The notes beneath the pieces are model-generated. The model saw nothing but the letters and a program-made list of their open reading frames with translations. It did not search any database and was not told the origin of the DNA. Positions 21,089 to 32,300 of a DNA stretch of 64,000 nucleotides are shown piece by piece; position 1 is the stretch's first letter, and each line of letters begins with the position of its first letter. Location: assembly GCA_963785305.1 (NCBI GenBank), contig CAWAUV010000009.1, positions 96,001 to 160,000 on the forward strand. The letters are read 5' to 3'. This DNA is from an uncultured Planctomycetaceae bacterium. GTDB lineage: Bacteria > Planctomycetota > Planctomycetia > Pirellulales > PALSA-1355. The translations under genes were made by a program, and so were the position numbers.

Positions 21089-24074
21089 TCAAGTCTCCTG
21101 CGTCGCGGGGGCTTCCTGGGCGGGCGTCGCCGGCGGCGACTCGGGAACCGCGGGAGTTTCGGTGTTCAAGTCGGTCGCGTGCGAGCCATGTCGACGCGGC
21201 CCCCGATGCGGGTGTTCATCACTATCACCGGCCGGTCCACCGCAATCGACGGAACCGCGCTCGCCACGCCGCCATTCCTCGTCGCGAGCCTCGGGCGCCG
21301 AAGCCGACAATGCCGCACGATTCTCGAAACCATGCGCCTCGGGGCCATGACCCTCGGAACCATGACCCTCGGAACCATGACCCTCGGGGCCGCGGTGACC
21401 ATGCGGGCCGCCGCGCGGCGGAAAGCCCTCGCGCGGGAACTTGCCCTTAAACGGTTCGCCTGTCAATTCTTTCCAACGAAGCTCTTGTTCGTCGTTCAGC
21501 ACGTCGCGAACCTGATTCCAGGCCGCTTGCCATGAGTCTTTGACCGATTGCCAATCTTCCGGGCGAACCTCGCCCGACTCGAACCGAGCCGCGATCAGGT
21601 CGCGAGTGTTGCGCTCCAAGGGGCGGATGCGTTCGATCTGTTCGCTCGACAGGCCAAGTGCCCGGGCCACTTCCGGATCGTTGAAGGCATGCATTCCGCG
21701 CTGCTGGAGCGCGATCTGCCCAAGCCGGCGGCGCTGCTCGGGCCGCAAGAGCGATGCCGGCGCCGCCTCTTGACTGCTAAGCTCTTCGAATTTGACTCGC
21801 CATTCCTCGGGCGTGAGCCCCTTGAGATCATGAAACGCGCGGCGGCGCTATCCCACAGGCGCGATATCTCGCGCGCCTGGGGCTCGTCGAGCCCGAGATC
21901 GTCTTGCACCGATTTTTGGTTGAGCAGATTGAGCTCACGTCCGCCGCGGAGAGCGTCGAACCGGGTGTAGATGTTGGCAAGACCATTTTGCACGTCGGTG
22001 GCGGCGGGATGCTTGAGCATCAGCTTTTCTTGAATCTGCTTGGCTCGCTCGAGCGCGGCGATGGCGTCGGCTCGCGAGCTGCCGATTTCGGCGAGAATCT
22101 CCCCCACGCGCAGATGACTGGCCGCGAGTTGCGATTCGAGCGAAGGCTCATTCGAGCCATCGGCGATAAAGCCTTGATAGTAGTCGAGCGCGGCGGCGAG
22201 CATCATGCGCCGGAGCCCTTGCAATTCCGCTTTGTCGGCGAGCTCTTCCTCGCTCACTTCGGTGAAGAAGTCCACGATCTGTCGCGCCTGGCGAAATGCC
22301 TTTTCCGCCCGCTCGCGCTGATGCGCCTCGGCCTCGTAAGCCGCTTGAGTTTTGGTTTGCGCCTCGGCCAAACGATCGTACGCGGCTTTAGTTTTCCATT
22401 GCTCGCGCGCCACCAGCGCCGTGCTGACGCCGAGACCGAGACTTGCCACGGCCAGAAGCGCCACCACGCTCGCCACCAAGCCGCGATGCCGCCGCAACCA
22501 ACGCGCCGCGAGTTCGGCGGCCGCCGGCGGACGCGCGGTGATCGGGCGATGTTCGAGAAATCGCGACAGGTCGTCGGCCATGTCCTTGGCCGTGGCGTAG
22601 CGACGCTGCGGCTCCTTGGCCAGCGCCTTGAGCACAATGGTTTCCAAGTCGACCGGAATTGCCTTGTTGATCTGCCGCGGCGGAGTCGGCTCGTTTTCGG
22701 CGATCTCGCGGAGCATCGCATGCCGGTCCGGCGCGTCGAAGGCCGGACGCAGTGTCAGGAGTTCGTAGAGCGTGGCCCCCAATGAATAAATATCCGACCG
22801 ATGATCGACCAATCCGCGCCGCGCAAGGTTTGCTCGGGACTCATATAGCGGAGCGTGCCGACCAGATCGCCGGTGAAGGTGAGTCGGCTATCGCCTTGCA
22901 ATTGAGCCAAGCCAAAGTCGGCCACGAACACCGTGGCCTCATCGCCCACCAGCAGATTCGCGGGCTTGATATCGCGATGCACCACTCCCATGCCGTGGGC
23001 GTATTCAAGCGCTTCGGCCGCTTGCATGCCCAGCGCCGCCACCGAGCGAAAAAAACCACGGCTATGAATCGACTGCAACGTGGCCGCTTCGCCCGCCAGA
23101 AGCGTGGTCGTTTCGCGGGCCGTGCGCGACGTTCGCTCGGGCGCCGCCGCGGCTGCATCGGCCGCCGCGGCGTCGGGCGAACCGCCAGCTCCGGGAGCTT
23201 TGCCGTCCGCGGCTCGCGCTCCGGGCGGCTGAGCGCGATGGCGCTCCTCGAGGCCCGAGATCACCTCGGCCAAGCTGCGGCCCTGGATGAACTGCATGGC
23301 ATAGTAGTACACGCCGCGCTCGCAGCCCACGGAATAGATCGGCACAATGTTCGAGTGATGCAAATGGGCCGCGGCCTGGGCTTCCATGCGAAATCGCTGC
23401 AACTGCCGCGAGTCGAGCGCCGCCGCCAAAGGCAACACCTTCAGCGCCACGCGGCGACCGAGCGATACCTGCTGGGCCTCGTAAACGACCCCCATGCCGC
23501 CTCGCCCCACCTCGCGAATTAAACGAAAATCGCCAAGTTGCCCCGCGAACGCTGGCCCCGAAACACCCAAGCCATCTCGCGGCCAAGAATCGCCGGCGCG
23601 GCCCTCGCCGGGCGAGCGAATCACATCCGAGGAATCGTCGCCACCGAACGACGCCGCCCGATCGCCACCAAGATGCAATCGCTCGGTTCGCGCGAAGCCG
23701 CGATGATCGCCACCGCGCGCCGCGCGACTCGCGGCCCCGCCCACGGCCAACATCGCCGGCAGCAGATCCTTGAGCACGGAGGCAATCCGCGGATACTGGG
23801 CGGCGAAAACATCGACCTTCGGATCGGCCCCGGCTTGCACCAGTTCCAAAAAAGCGTCGGTGGCTTCGGCGACCAGCAACTCGTCCGAATCGTTCGGCGC
23901 CATGTCGTTCGGCGCCATGTCGTTCGGCGCCATGTCGTTCGGCGCCATGTCGTTCGGCGCCATGTCGTTCGGCGCCATGTCGTTCGGCGCCATGTCGTTC
24001 GGCGCCATGTCGTTCGGCAGGGCGTCGCCCGAAGGCGCCCAGTCTCGAGGAAATTCTTGCGATGGTTCGCTCAT
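21089..24074 (-). CDS. ECF-associated membrane Ser/Thr kinase with C-terminal LTxxQ-type domain (frameshifts near 22820 and 21800)
   Basis: GRGGMGVVY, VALKVL, HRDIKPAN, DFG, GTLRYMSPEQ, DHRSDIYSLG across ORFs 22755..24086, 21595..22812 and 21089..21748; TM LVASVVALLAVASLGLGVSTALV. Confidence 0.85.
23890..24018. repeat. 15-bp tandem repeat TCGTTCGGCGCCATG, 8 full copies plus a partial (MAPND repeats at the kinase N-terminus)
   Basis: Read directly. Confidence 0.97.
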
Positions 24075-24180
24075 AACCACACCCAACCACGCTTACCGTT
24101 TCCCCCCTCGGCCCATGATTGGGCGAAGGGAGCACGACGAGACTAAGCCTGACGACCGTAATCTTATAGTTGCGACCCAA

Positions 24181-24827
24181 TCAAAACTGCGATTCCGTGA
24201 ATCCCTCGCGCGTAATTGAGCATGCAACCGCAACAGAGCGCGGCCATGACGCTTGCGCGCCGCCGCTTCGTCGATATCGAGGATGTAACTCACTTCGCCA
24301 TACGATAGGTTTTCCAGACTTCGCATCAGCACGATCTCGCGGTCGTTCTCTTCGAGCGAATCGATCGCCCGCCGCACTCGCCCCGCAAGTTCATCGCGGG
24401 CAAACTGCTGGCTGGGAGTCGGATCGACACCCGGAATCTGACCGCCGCGTGGCCCGGCGCCGTCCGACGAATCGCCCGCGTCGGGAATCGTGAGTTCTCG
24501 GCGAACGCTCCGCCGCATGGCGCCAAGATGACGCCGTTCGGCCATTCGTAGTCGGTCTTCCAGTGTCTTTCGCAGCCACAGCCGAAATGGCATCGGCCGC
24601 CGCTCCAAGAAACTCGTAAACCGCCGAAATGCTTCCAACTGCGTGTCTTGCACCACATCGGCCGCATCGAGCCGGCTTCGCATGCGACCGTCCATTCGCA
24701 ATTCCACCAGCCGCTCGAGCCATTGCCGGTGTCGCACGAACAAACGGTTAAACGCGTCTTGCTCCCCGGCGCCAATCCGGCCGAGTAGCTCGAGCGTTTC
24801 CGCCGAGTCGGGTTTGATATTGGCCAT
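24181..24827 (-). CDS. ECF-type sigma-70 factor, Planctomycete kinase-associated type (probable frameshift just before the stop)
   Basis: DAADVVQDT, FRLWLR, HLGAMRRSVRRE, TPSQ, REIVLMR..ENLSY.EVS.IL.I; directly upstream of the kinase. Confidence 0.88.
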
Positions 24828-25401
24828 CCGCTAGGTCCCCATGGAAGAATACCTGCGAAATGCGGAACCGTTGTGACCCGAAAAAAAAGAGCATCCGGCA
24901 TATGCAGTGCTACGCGACCACGGCCGATCCCACGTCCTCGAACGGAGTCGAGCCGCGTAAATCATTATGTCGCACGGAGAAACAACAAACCAGCCTCCCG
25001 TTCGCGAGACATCGCGGGGGGACGGGACGAGACTTTCCTCGCGCCCCAATGGCACAGCTTGCTGCTGGCAAATAGTTGAGCCAAAAAGGCCGCCGGTCGC
25101 CATTGACATGCCATGCGAACCCTGGCTAGAGTCGCGACGCGAACCGCTCCGCCAGAGCCGGCCTTTCGCGGGGCGGCGCCGCCGCGCCGGGCGCCCCTCG
25201 TCTTGGCTGCGCGTGGATTCTATACTCCACGGGCGCGCGATTCCGCCCGAGGCGCGATCGATCGCCTTTCCCCCAGTGAAGGGCCATGTCGATCGAATGT
25301 TTGCCGGGGCGGAAATTCGAGCGGAAGGATTCGCCAACACGGCTCCTGCTCCTCGACAACCAGGTGTCGCTAGCTCTCAAGCGGAGAACCACGGAAAGCC
25401 C

Positions 25402-26166
25402 ATGAATCGCATTCGAAAACTGTTCGACGAGCTCGATGGCGCGGCGTTTGGTTCCTCGATGTTCGAGGGGGCGCCGCCCTCGAACGTGGGCCAAGACATC
25501 GGCCTCGCGCTGTTTTCTCCGCTGCACTACGAACCCAATTATGCCTACCCGCTGGTCGTATGGCTGCACGGGCCAGGCGACGACGAGCGACAGCTACGCA
25601 CCGTGATGCCGCTGGTCAGCATGCGCAACTATGTGGGCGCCGCGGTGCGTGGCACGGCGCCGCTTGGCCCGCCGGGCGCCGGCTTTGCATGGCTCCAATC
25701 CGAGCCGCATATTCGGCTGGCCGAGGAACGGGTTCTCGCCGCGGTGGCCGCCGCCGGGCAGCGATTCAATGTGGCGCCCTCGCGCGTGTTTCTCGCGGGC
25801 TTCGATTGCGGCGGCACCATGGCGCTGCGAGTCGCGTGTCAGAATCCCGATCGGTTTGCCGGAGTGCTAAGCATGGGCGGCGAGTTTCCGCTCGGCCATG
25901 CGCCCTTGAGCCGGCTCGCCGAAGTGCGCCGGCTGGCGGTGCTCCTGGCCACGGGCCGCGACAGCGATCGCTATCCGCCGGAGCGAGTTTGCGAAAATCT
26001 GCGGCTCTACTACGCCGCCGGCATGTCGATCCATCTGCGGCAATACCCGGTCGGCCAAGACCTGACCACCGAAATGCTGGCCGACATGGACCGCTGGATC
26101 ATGGAGCAAATCGCCTCGCCCACGACCGCCGGCAGCTTTCTCGACAATGTGTCGCGAGAGCTGTGA
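25402..26166 (+). CDS. Alpha/beta hydrolase (phospholipase/carboxylesterase-like)
   Basis: YPLVVWLHG, VFLAGFDCGG (nucleophile Ser position is not Ser), PDRFAGV. Confidence 0.75.
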   Translation: MNRIRKLFDELDGAAFGSSMFEGAPPSNVGQDIGLALFSPLHYEPNYAYPLVVWLHGPGDDERQLRTVMPLVSMRNYVGAAVRGTAPLGPPGAGFAWLQSEPHIRLAEERVLAAVAAAGQRFNVAPSRVFLAGFDCGGTMALRVACQNPDRFAGVLSMGGEFPLGHAPLSRLAEVRRLAVLLATGRDSDRYPPERVCENLRLYYAAGMSIHLRQYPVGQDLTTEMLADMDRWIMEQIASPTTAGSFLDNVSREL

Positions 26167-26274
26167 GGATTGAGGCTGGGCGAGCGAAATCAGAAAAACA
26201 AGCGGCCCTGGCAGGCGGAGATTGTCCGCCCGCCAGGGCCGCTGTGCGAATATTGGCGCGTTCGTCGCTCGCGA

Positions 26275-26934
26275 TCATTCCTCGTGCGTTTCGGGTACTG
26301 CGTGTATCTCGTGGTTCAACCGGAGATTCGCCAAATGCTCGGCGACAAACCAGACTTGGGTTTCGTTCGTGCGCACCACATCGCTGATCAAGAGGTCGTT
26401 GGTGCCGTCGTCGCCCGAGTCGGTCGCTTTTTTGGCGGCCTTGCGTGATTCCTTGAGCACCAACTCATGGGCCTGTAGGAGCCGCGAGATTTGCGTGCGC
26501 GGCTCTTCGCGGTCGCGCGGCGGACGCTCGAGCCGCGTCATTTCGGCAACGTCGTGGGCCATCGCCACCGCCACGCCGCCCAGGGTTTGAATCCGCTCGG
26601 CGATTTCGTCGACGAGTTCGGATTGTTCGCCAGCATGCTTGTCGAACAGCAGATGCAACTGGTAGAAGGTCGGCCCCGCCACTTGCCAGTGATGCTTCTT
26701 GTAAAGATCACGGAGGCTGATCGTGTCGGCCAATATCTGATTGAGGGCCGCAACGCTTTCGCGGCGGGCGTCGGCGCTAAGTCCCAGCGGCAAGTCGATC
26801 AGCTCGCCAAACGCCTGAATCGTGACGGGCGATTGTTCAAGGCACGGCTGAGCGGCCGAGTGGTCGTGTCCATTGTGCTTCGCATGATTCTTGGCATGCG
26901 ACGATGAATGGCCGACCTTCGTGGATGTTGTCAT
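26275..26934 (-). CDS. dps: Dps family DNA-protection ferritin-like protein
   Basis: KKHHWQVAGPTFYQLHLLFD, DEIAERI..LGG, DDGTNDL, WF motifs. Confidence 0.93.
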   Translation of the reverse strand: MTTSTKVGHSSSHAKNHAKHNGHDHSAAQPCLEQSPVTIQAFGELIDLPLGLSADARRESVAALNQILADTISLRDLYKKHHWQVAGPTFYQLHLLFDKHAGEQSELVDEIAERIQTLGGVAVAMAHDVAEMTRLERPPRDREEPRTQISRLLQAHELVLKESRKAAKKATDSGDDGTNDLLISDVVRTNETQVWFVAEHLANLRLNHEIHAVPETHEE

Positions 26935-27267
26935 GGTTGAAACTCCTTCATGAGGCGTCGGGGGGAATAGGTCTGAAAGTATCCGTGGATTCGGGAATCG
27001 TGGATTCGGGAATCGTGAAGTGCGGTCGCCAACGAGTGATTCACAAAACTTACGGCTCCTTGTCGAAGGGCGCGTGGCGCCGCTTCCGAGGCACGCCATT
27101 GTTCGCCTCTGCGGGGCGCAAGGCAAGCGCTACGCGGCGCAAGTCGCACGCGGGGGCAAAGTTCGAGACGAACCGGAAACATGCTCGCCATTTGCGAGAG
27201 CGCGACATTCACTTTGCATGTGCCGCGGCCGAGACTGCCGAACGCCGTCGAACGCCGCCATCCGACC

Positions 27268-28176
27268 CTATCGGCCGCGATTGCGCAAACTGCGCTGATT
27301 GAGATAGTCCACGAACACTTCGCCCATGTCGCGGCTGGTGTCGACCAGAACTCGCTCGACGCGATTGTGCCGACACATTTCGTCGAACCGGGTATTGAAC
27401 CGCTCGAGGGCCCGCAAGTAGCCGGCGCGCAATTCCTCGGGCTGCGTGAGCAGTTCCTGGGGCAGTTCGAGGCCGACGAACTTAATCATGCCGTCGAATT
27501 CGAAGGCCAGTTCATCGTGGTGCATGACCTGAAACAGCACCACTTCGTGCTTTTGATATCGCATGCGCTGCAGGGCGGATTCGAGCCGATCGAGATCGGT
27601 GAAGAAATCGCTGAACACCATCACGATCTCGCGGCGGCCCATGCGGCCGGCCAGTTCGGAGAGGCATTCGGCCATGCGCGTTTTTTGCACTGGCGCGATC
27701 GTGTCGAGATGTTCGGTCATGCGCACGATTTGGCCGAGCGAATTGCTCGGCGGCACGACTCCCAGCACCCGCTCGTCGAACGTGGCCAGCGACACCTTGT
27801 CGCTTTGGCGGACGATCGAATAGCCGAGCGTGGTGGCCATTTGCGCGGCATACAGCATTTTTTGGCGCCGGTCGGCGCCATAGCGCATCGACGCGCTCAC
27901 GTCCAGAATCAAATGGCAGACGAAATTCGTCTCCATTTCGTATTGCTTGATGAAATACTTGTCGCGGGTGAAATACACGCGCCAGTCGATGTGCTTCGGA
28001 TCGTCGCCCGGCACATATTCGCGGTGCCCGGCAAATTCGACGGCAAAGCCCGAGAGCGGGCTTTTGTGAGCGCCGGCCAAATTGCCGAGCACCAAGCCCC
28101 GCGGCTCGATGTGTCGATCGGCCATGCGGCTGAGCGTTTCCGGATTCAGATAGCGAGACAACACGCTTTTGACCAC
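27268..28176 (-). CDS. DUF58 domain (VWA-like) protein
   Basis: GAHKSP..GFAVEFAGHREYVPGDD..HIDW, LDVSASM, FSDF; follows the MoxR gene. Confidence 0.9.
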   Translation of the reverse strand: MVKSVLSRYLNPETLSRMADRHIEPRGLVLGNLAGAHKSPLSGFAVEFAGHREYVPGDDPKHIDWRVYFTRDKYFIKQYEMETNFVCHLILDVSASMRYGADRRQKMLYAAQMATTLGYSIVRQSDKVSLATFDERVLGVVPPSNSLGQIVRMTEHLDTIAPVQKTRMAECLSELAGRMGRREIVMVFSDFFTDLDRLESALQRMRYQKHEVVLFQVMHHDELAFEFDGMIKFVGLELPQELLTQPEELRAGYLRALERFNTRFDEMCRHNRVERVLVDTSRDMGEVFVDYLNQRSLRNRGR

Positions 28177-28235
28177 GAATCACCCTCCAGCAAAACAGAG
28201 CGCCTTGACGCTCCGTTAAATATTTCCACGGGTTG

Positions 28236-29264
28236 TCACGCGGCCGGTTTCTCGTATTTCTTGTCGGCTGGCACGGCCGCGAGCAACATGTCGATAAGCT
28301 GCTCGCTGCCGACGCCCGACGCCTGGGCCGCATAGTTGCTCGCCAGCCGGTGCCGCAGCGCCGGCTTGATCACGGCTTGCACATCGCCCACCGTGGCATG
28401 GTAGCGACCATAGAGAATCGCGCGGGCCTTGGCGGCCGTGACCAGCGTGAGCACGCCGCGCGGACCGGCGCCCCAACTGACCCATTTGTTCACGAACTCG
28501 GGCGCTTCGGCCGATCCCGGCCGCGACGACCGCACGATCGCCCAGGCATAGCCCAGCACCTGGTCGCTCACCGGCACTCGGGCCACGAGCTTTTGGAACT
28601 CGATGATTTCCTCGCCGCCGATCACCGGCGAAATCTTGCCCATCAGGCCGGTGGTCACGCGGCGCGCGATCTCCCATTCCTCGGCGCCGCTCGGATAGTC
28701 CACCTTGATATGCAAGAGAAACCGATCGAGTTGGGCTTCGGGCAGCGGATAGGTGCCTTCTTGCTCGAGCGGGTTCTGCGTGGCGAGCACGAAAAACGGC
28801 GCCGGCAGCCGATGCGTCGTGCCACCCGCGCTCACTTGCCGCTCTTGCATCGCCTCGAGCATGGCGGCTTGCGTCTTGGGCGGAGTGCGATTGATTTCGT
28901 CGGCCAAGATAATGTTGGCAAACAGCGGGCCGGGTAAGAACTTGTATTCCCGGGCGCCCGTGGCGAGATTTTCCTGGATCACTTCGGTGCCGGTCACGTC
29001 CGACGGCATGAGGTCGGGCGTGAATTGGATGCGCTTGAAGCTCATGTGCATCGATTCGGCCAAGCTGCTCACCAGCAAGGTTTTGGCGAGACCCGGCACT
29101 CCCTCGAGCAACGCATGGCCGCGCCCGAACACCGCGATCAGCACCTGCTCGATCACTTCTTCCTGGCCGACGATCACCTTCGAGAGCTCGTCGCGAATTC
29201 GGTTGTAGGCTTTTTCACACCGCTGCACGGCGGCGACATCATCGGGCGAGGCGGTCTCGTTCAT
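28236..29264 (-). CDS. moxR: MoxR family AAA+ ATPase
   Basis: LEGVPGLAKT, RIQFTPDLMPSDVTG, LADEINRTPPKTQAA, ATQNPLEQEGTYPLPEAQLDRF. Confidence 0.95.
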   Translation of the reverse strand: MNETASPDDVAAVQRCEKAYNRIRDELSKVIVGQEEVIEQVLIAVFGRGHALLEGVPGLAKTLLVSSLAESMHMSFKRIQFTPDLMPSDVTGTEVIQENLATGAREYKFLPGPLFANIILADEINRTPPKTQAAMLEAMQERQVSAGGTTHRLPAPFFVLATQNPLEQEGTYPLPEAQLDRFLLHIKVDYPSGAEEWEIARRVTTGLMGKISPVIGGEEIIEFQKLVARVPVSDQVLGYAWAIVRSSRPGSAEAPEFVNKWVSWGAGPRGVLTLVTAAKARAILYGRYHATVGDVQAVIKPALRHRLASNYAAQASGVGSEQLIDMLLAAVPADKKYEKPAA

Positions 29265-29369
29265 GGTCGTTTTCTCCAGGATAGGTCAATCGAGCGGTTC
29301 GTTGTTCGGAGCGGTCGGCGGCAAAGTTCGATCCGCGAGACTTTCCGCCGCCGGGCCGAGGATAGGAGG

Positions 29370-32300
29370 TCAGTCGAGATTTTCGAAATAGCGTTGCAGG
29401 CGATCTTCGTAACCGCGCGGGCGCGGCGCTGGCTCTTGGCGCGAATCGCCTTGCGCAGCTCGGGCGGAAGCTTGGCCACCCAGGGGTCTTCCTTGAGATT
29501 GCGCTTCGCGGGGTCGGCTTCATGCTTGTCGACGGTTTGCGCGATCGGCGCCGGGCGGCGGGCCCTCTTGTTTTTGGGCCGAGCCGGCGGCGGTCGGATC
29601 GTTCTGGGCTTCGCTGCCTTTTTCAGAGCTCGCGCCGCCCGAGGGGCTGCTCGAGGTCGCGCCCTTGTGGGGCGAGCCTTTATGCGGTTCCCCGGGTTGC
29701 CCGGGTTCGTGGGAACCGGACTCGGCCTGACCCTCGGCGGGTTGGCCTTGGCCCTGGTGCGGTTGACCGTCGTGGCCTTTTTGGCCGGCTTGACCTTCGT
29801 GGCCTTTGCCCGACTCGCCTTGAGGCTCGCCGGCGCCTTCGCCCGACTCGCTTTCACCGGCGGCGGCCTCGGCGGCGGCGACCATCGCGGCGGCGTTCAT
29901 CGCCGCTTCGCCCGCGATCTGGGCGGCGGTCACATCGGGCGAATTGGGCACGAGACCGGTCCCGAGATTGGCGTCGGGCGGAGCGGCATCGGCCATGCCC
30001 TCGGCCGAGCCCGTGGGCGGATCGCCTTGGCCGGCGTCCAAGGGCGCATCGCCCCCCCGCGGCGAGTCGGCGCCGTCTACATTGGCAGCGCTAGCGTCGG
30101 CGGGTGGAGTCGCGTTGTTCGCGTCGGCGGGCGGCGCGGCGGGATGTTCTGCCGCGCCTCGCGGCGCCGGTTTGGCGGCCGCTTCGTTGCGCGCGGCCGC
30201 GGGATGCGCGGGATCGCGATGGGCGGCATCGGCCGCCGGCATCGACTGGTCGCCCGGCGGATCGGGATGCACGCCGAGGTTCGACGCCAACTCGAGCGCC
30301 TCGCGGAGCGGCTTGTTGGCCACTTCATCTTGATGGGCGATTTCAGCGGCGCCTTCGCCGGTTGCTCGCTGGGCATCGGCGAATCGCTCGGTCGCCTGTT
30401 GCAGGCCCTTGGCGGCCTCGGCCTGGGCCGGAGTGGGCGCTTCCTTGGCGGGCGGCGAATCCTTTTCGGCCGGCTCGTGTTTTCCGGGTTTCTCGTTATT
30501 GGGCTTTTGGGCCGCTTGCGCTTCCTGGCTGGCCTTCGCGAGCGCTTCGCTCTTGGCCACGATCGCGTCGCGAGCCGATTGCTGCTCCTGGGCCAAGTGG
30601 GCAAGCGCTTCGGCGATGGCTTTGTCGTGCGCCAATTCTTGTTGCCGGGCGGCAAGGCTTGCGGCGGCTCGTTCTTCACCCCGCTCGACTCCGCGCTCGG
30701 CTTCGGCCGCTTGCGCCGCGGTGGGCGGCGCATATTCGGCGCCTTCGGCCGCTTGCTGGGCCGCTTCCAGGGCGGCGCCGGCGCCTGGATCGATCGGCGC
30801 GGCTTGGTCGGCCATTTCCCCCGCTTTTTTCGCGGCGGCGGCCAGTTGGGCGGCTTCTTCGCGCGCCGTGGATTCGATCGCTTGCCGGAGCGCTTTATTG
30901 GCTTTTTCGAGCGCTTTGGTCGTGGCCTGCCGCGAGGCTTTTGCCTCTTCGGCGGCGCCGGCTTCGAGTTGGGCGGCGGCCTGGGTGGCGTCGGCGGCGG
31001 CTTCGCCCGCGGCTTCGGCGGCGGCGGGCGCGTCGCCATGCGCCATTTCGGCCGCTTCGTGACTCATCTGCGCCACGCGCTGTTCGGCGGCGGCGTCGGG
31101 CGCACCGGCCGGTTGGGCGGCGGCTTCGCGCGCGGCGGTTTCCGCGTCATGCCGAGCTTGGGCGAGCGCTTCGCTCGCCGCTTGCCGCTGGGCGTCGGCC
31201 GCGGCGGCGTTGCCCCGAATCGCCTCGCGCGCGGCCTCGCTGGCGGCTTGCTGGGCCTTTTCCAGCGCATGGGCCGCTTGCTCGAGACCGGGGGCCGGCT
31301 TGCTGGCGGCGGCAAGCTCGGCGGCTCGATCGGCGATCTTTTGCTCGGCCGCGGCCGATTCCGCGCCGCCGGCGGCGCTGCCGGCCATGGCGTCGGCGGC
31401 TTGATCCACGGCGGCTTGTTCGCCCATCGCGGCGCCGATCTCGCGAGCCAAGTCTTCGGCGGCGGCGGCCTGAGGATGGCCCGCGGCGCGCTGCTGCTCG
31501 GCGTGGGCTTGCTGCACCTTCTGCTGGGCTTCGGCGAGCCGCTGGAGCTTTTCGGCTCGCGAGTCGGCTTGGTGGGCGAGCGCGGCCTCGACCGCTTCAC
31601 GCGCATTGGCGGCGTCGTTCATTTGCCGCTCGCTCACTTTGGCAAGCTCCTCGGCCGCGTGGCCCACATCGGCTCGAAGCTGCTGGGCGGCTTTGGCCAA
31701 GGTGTCGGCGGCGGTCCGCGCGTCGTGGGCCGCTTTGTCGGCGGCGGTCTTCGCGGTGGCTTGCTCGTCGGCGAGTGCATTGGCGGCCGCGGCGAGCTCA
31801 TGGGCCGCGGCGGCGAGCTGCGGCGCGGCTTTTTCGAGCGTCGCGGCGGCGTCGGGGGCGGTTTGCTTCACGCCTTCGGCCGTTTTCGCGGCGACTTCCG
31901 CGATTTGAGATTGCTCGAAGGCCATCTGCTTCGCGTCGGCCGGGGCGAGGCCCTCGTGTTGGGCGGCCTCGGCGGCTTCAGCCGCGATCTCGCGCTCGGC
32001 GGCGGCGGCGCGCTCGAGCGCTTCGGCCGCCCGGGCCTGTTCGCCAATCTTTACCGCTAACTGGCGCCGCTCGGTGTCGGCGATGGCGGCTTGAATTTCG
32101 GCCGCTGCCCGGTCGACCGCTTTTTCGGCGGTCTTGGCGGCGGCTTGCGCTTGAGCCGCGGCGGGCGATTGAGCCGCGTCTTGCTTGGCGGGGTCTTGTT
32201 TCGACGCCTCTGGCTTGGCGGCTTCGTTCAGGGCGGCCGACGCTTCGGCCGCGGCGTCTTTGGCTTGTTCGAGTCGGCTGGCCACGGTCGGCGGCAAGAG

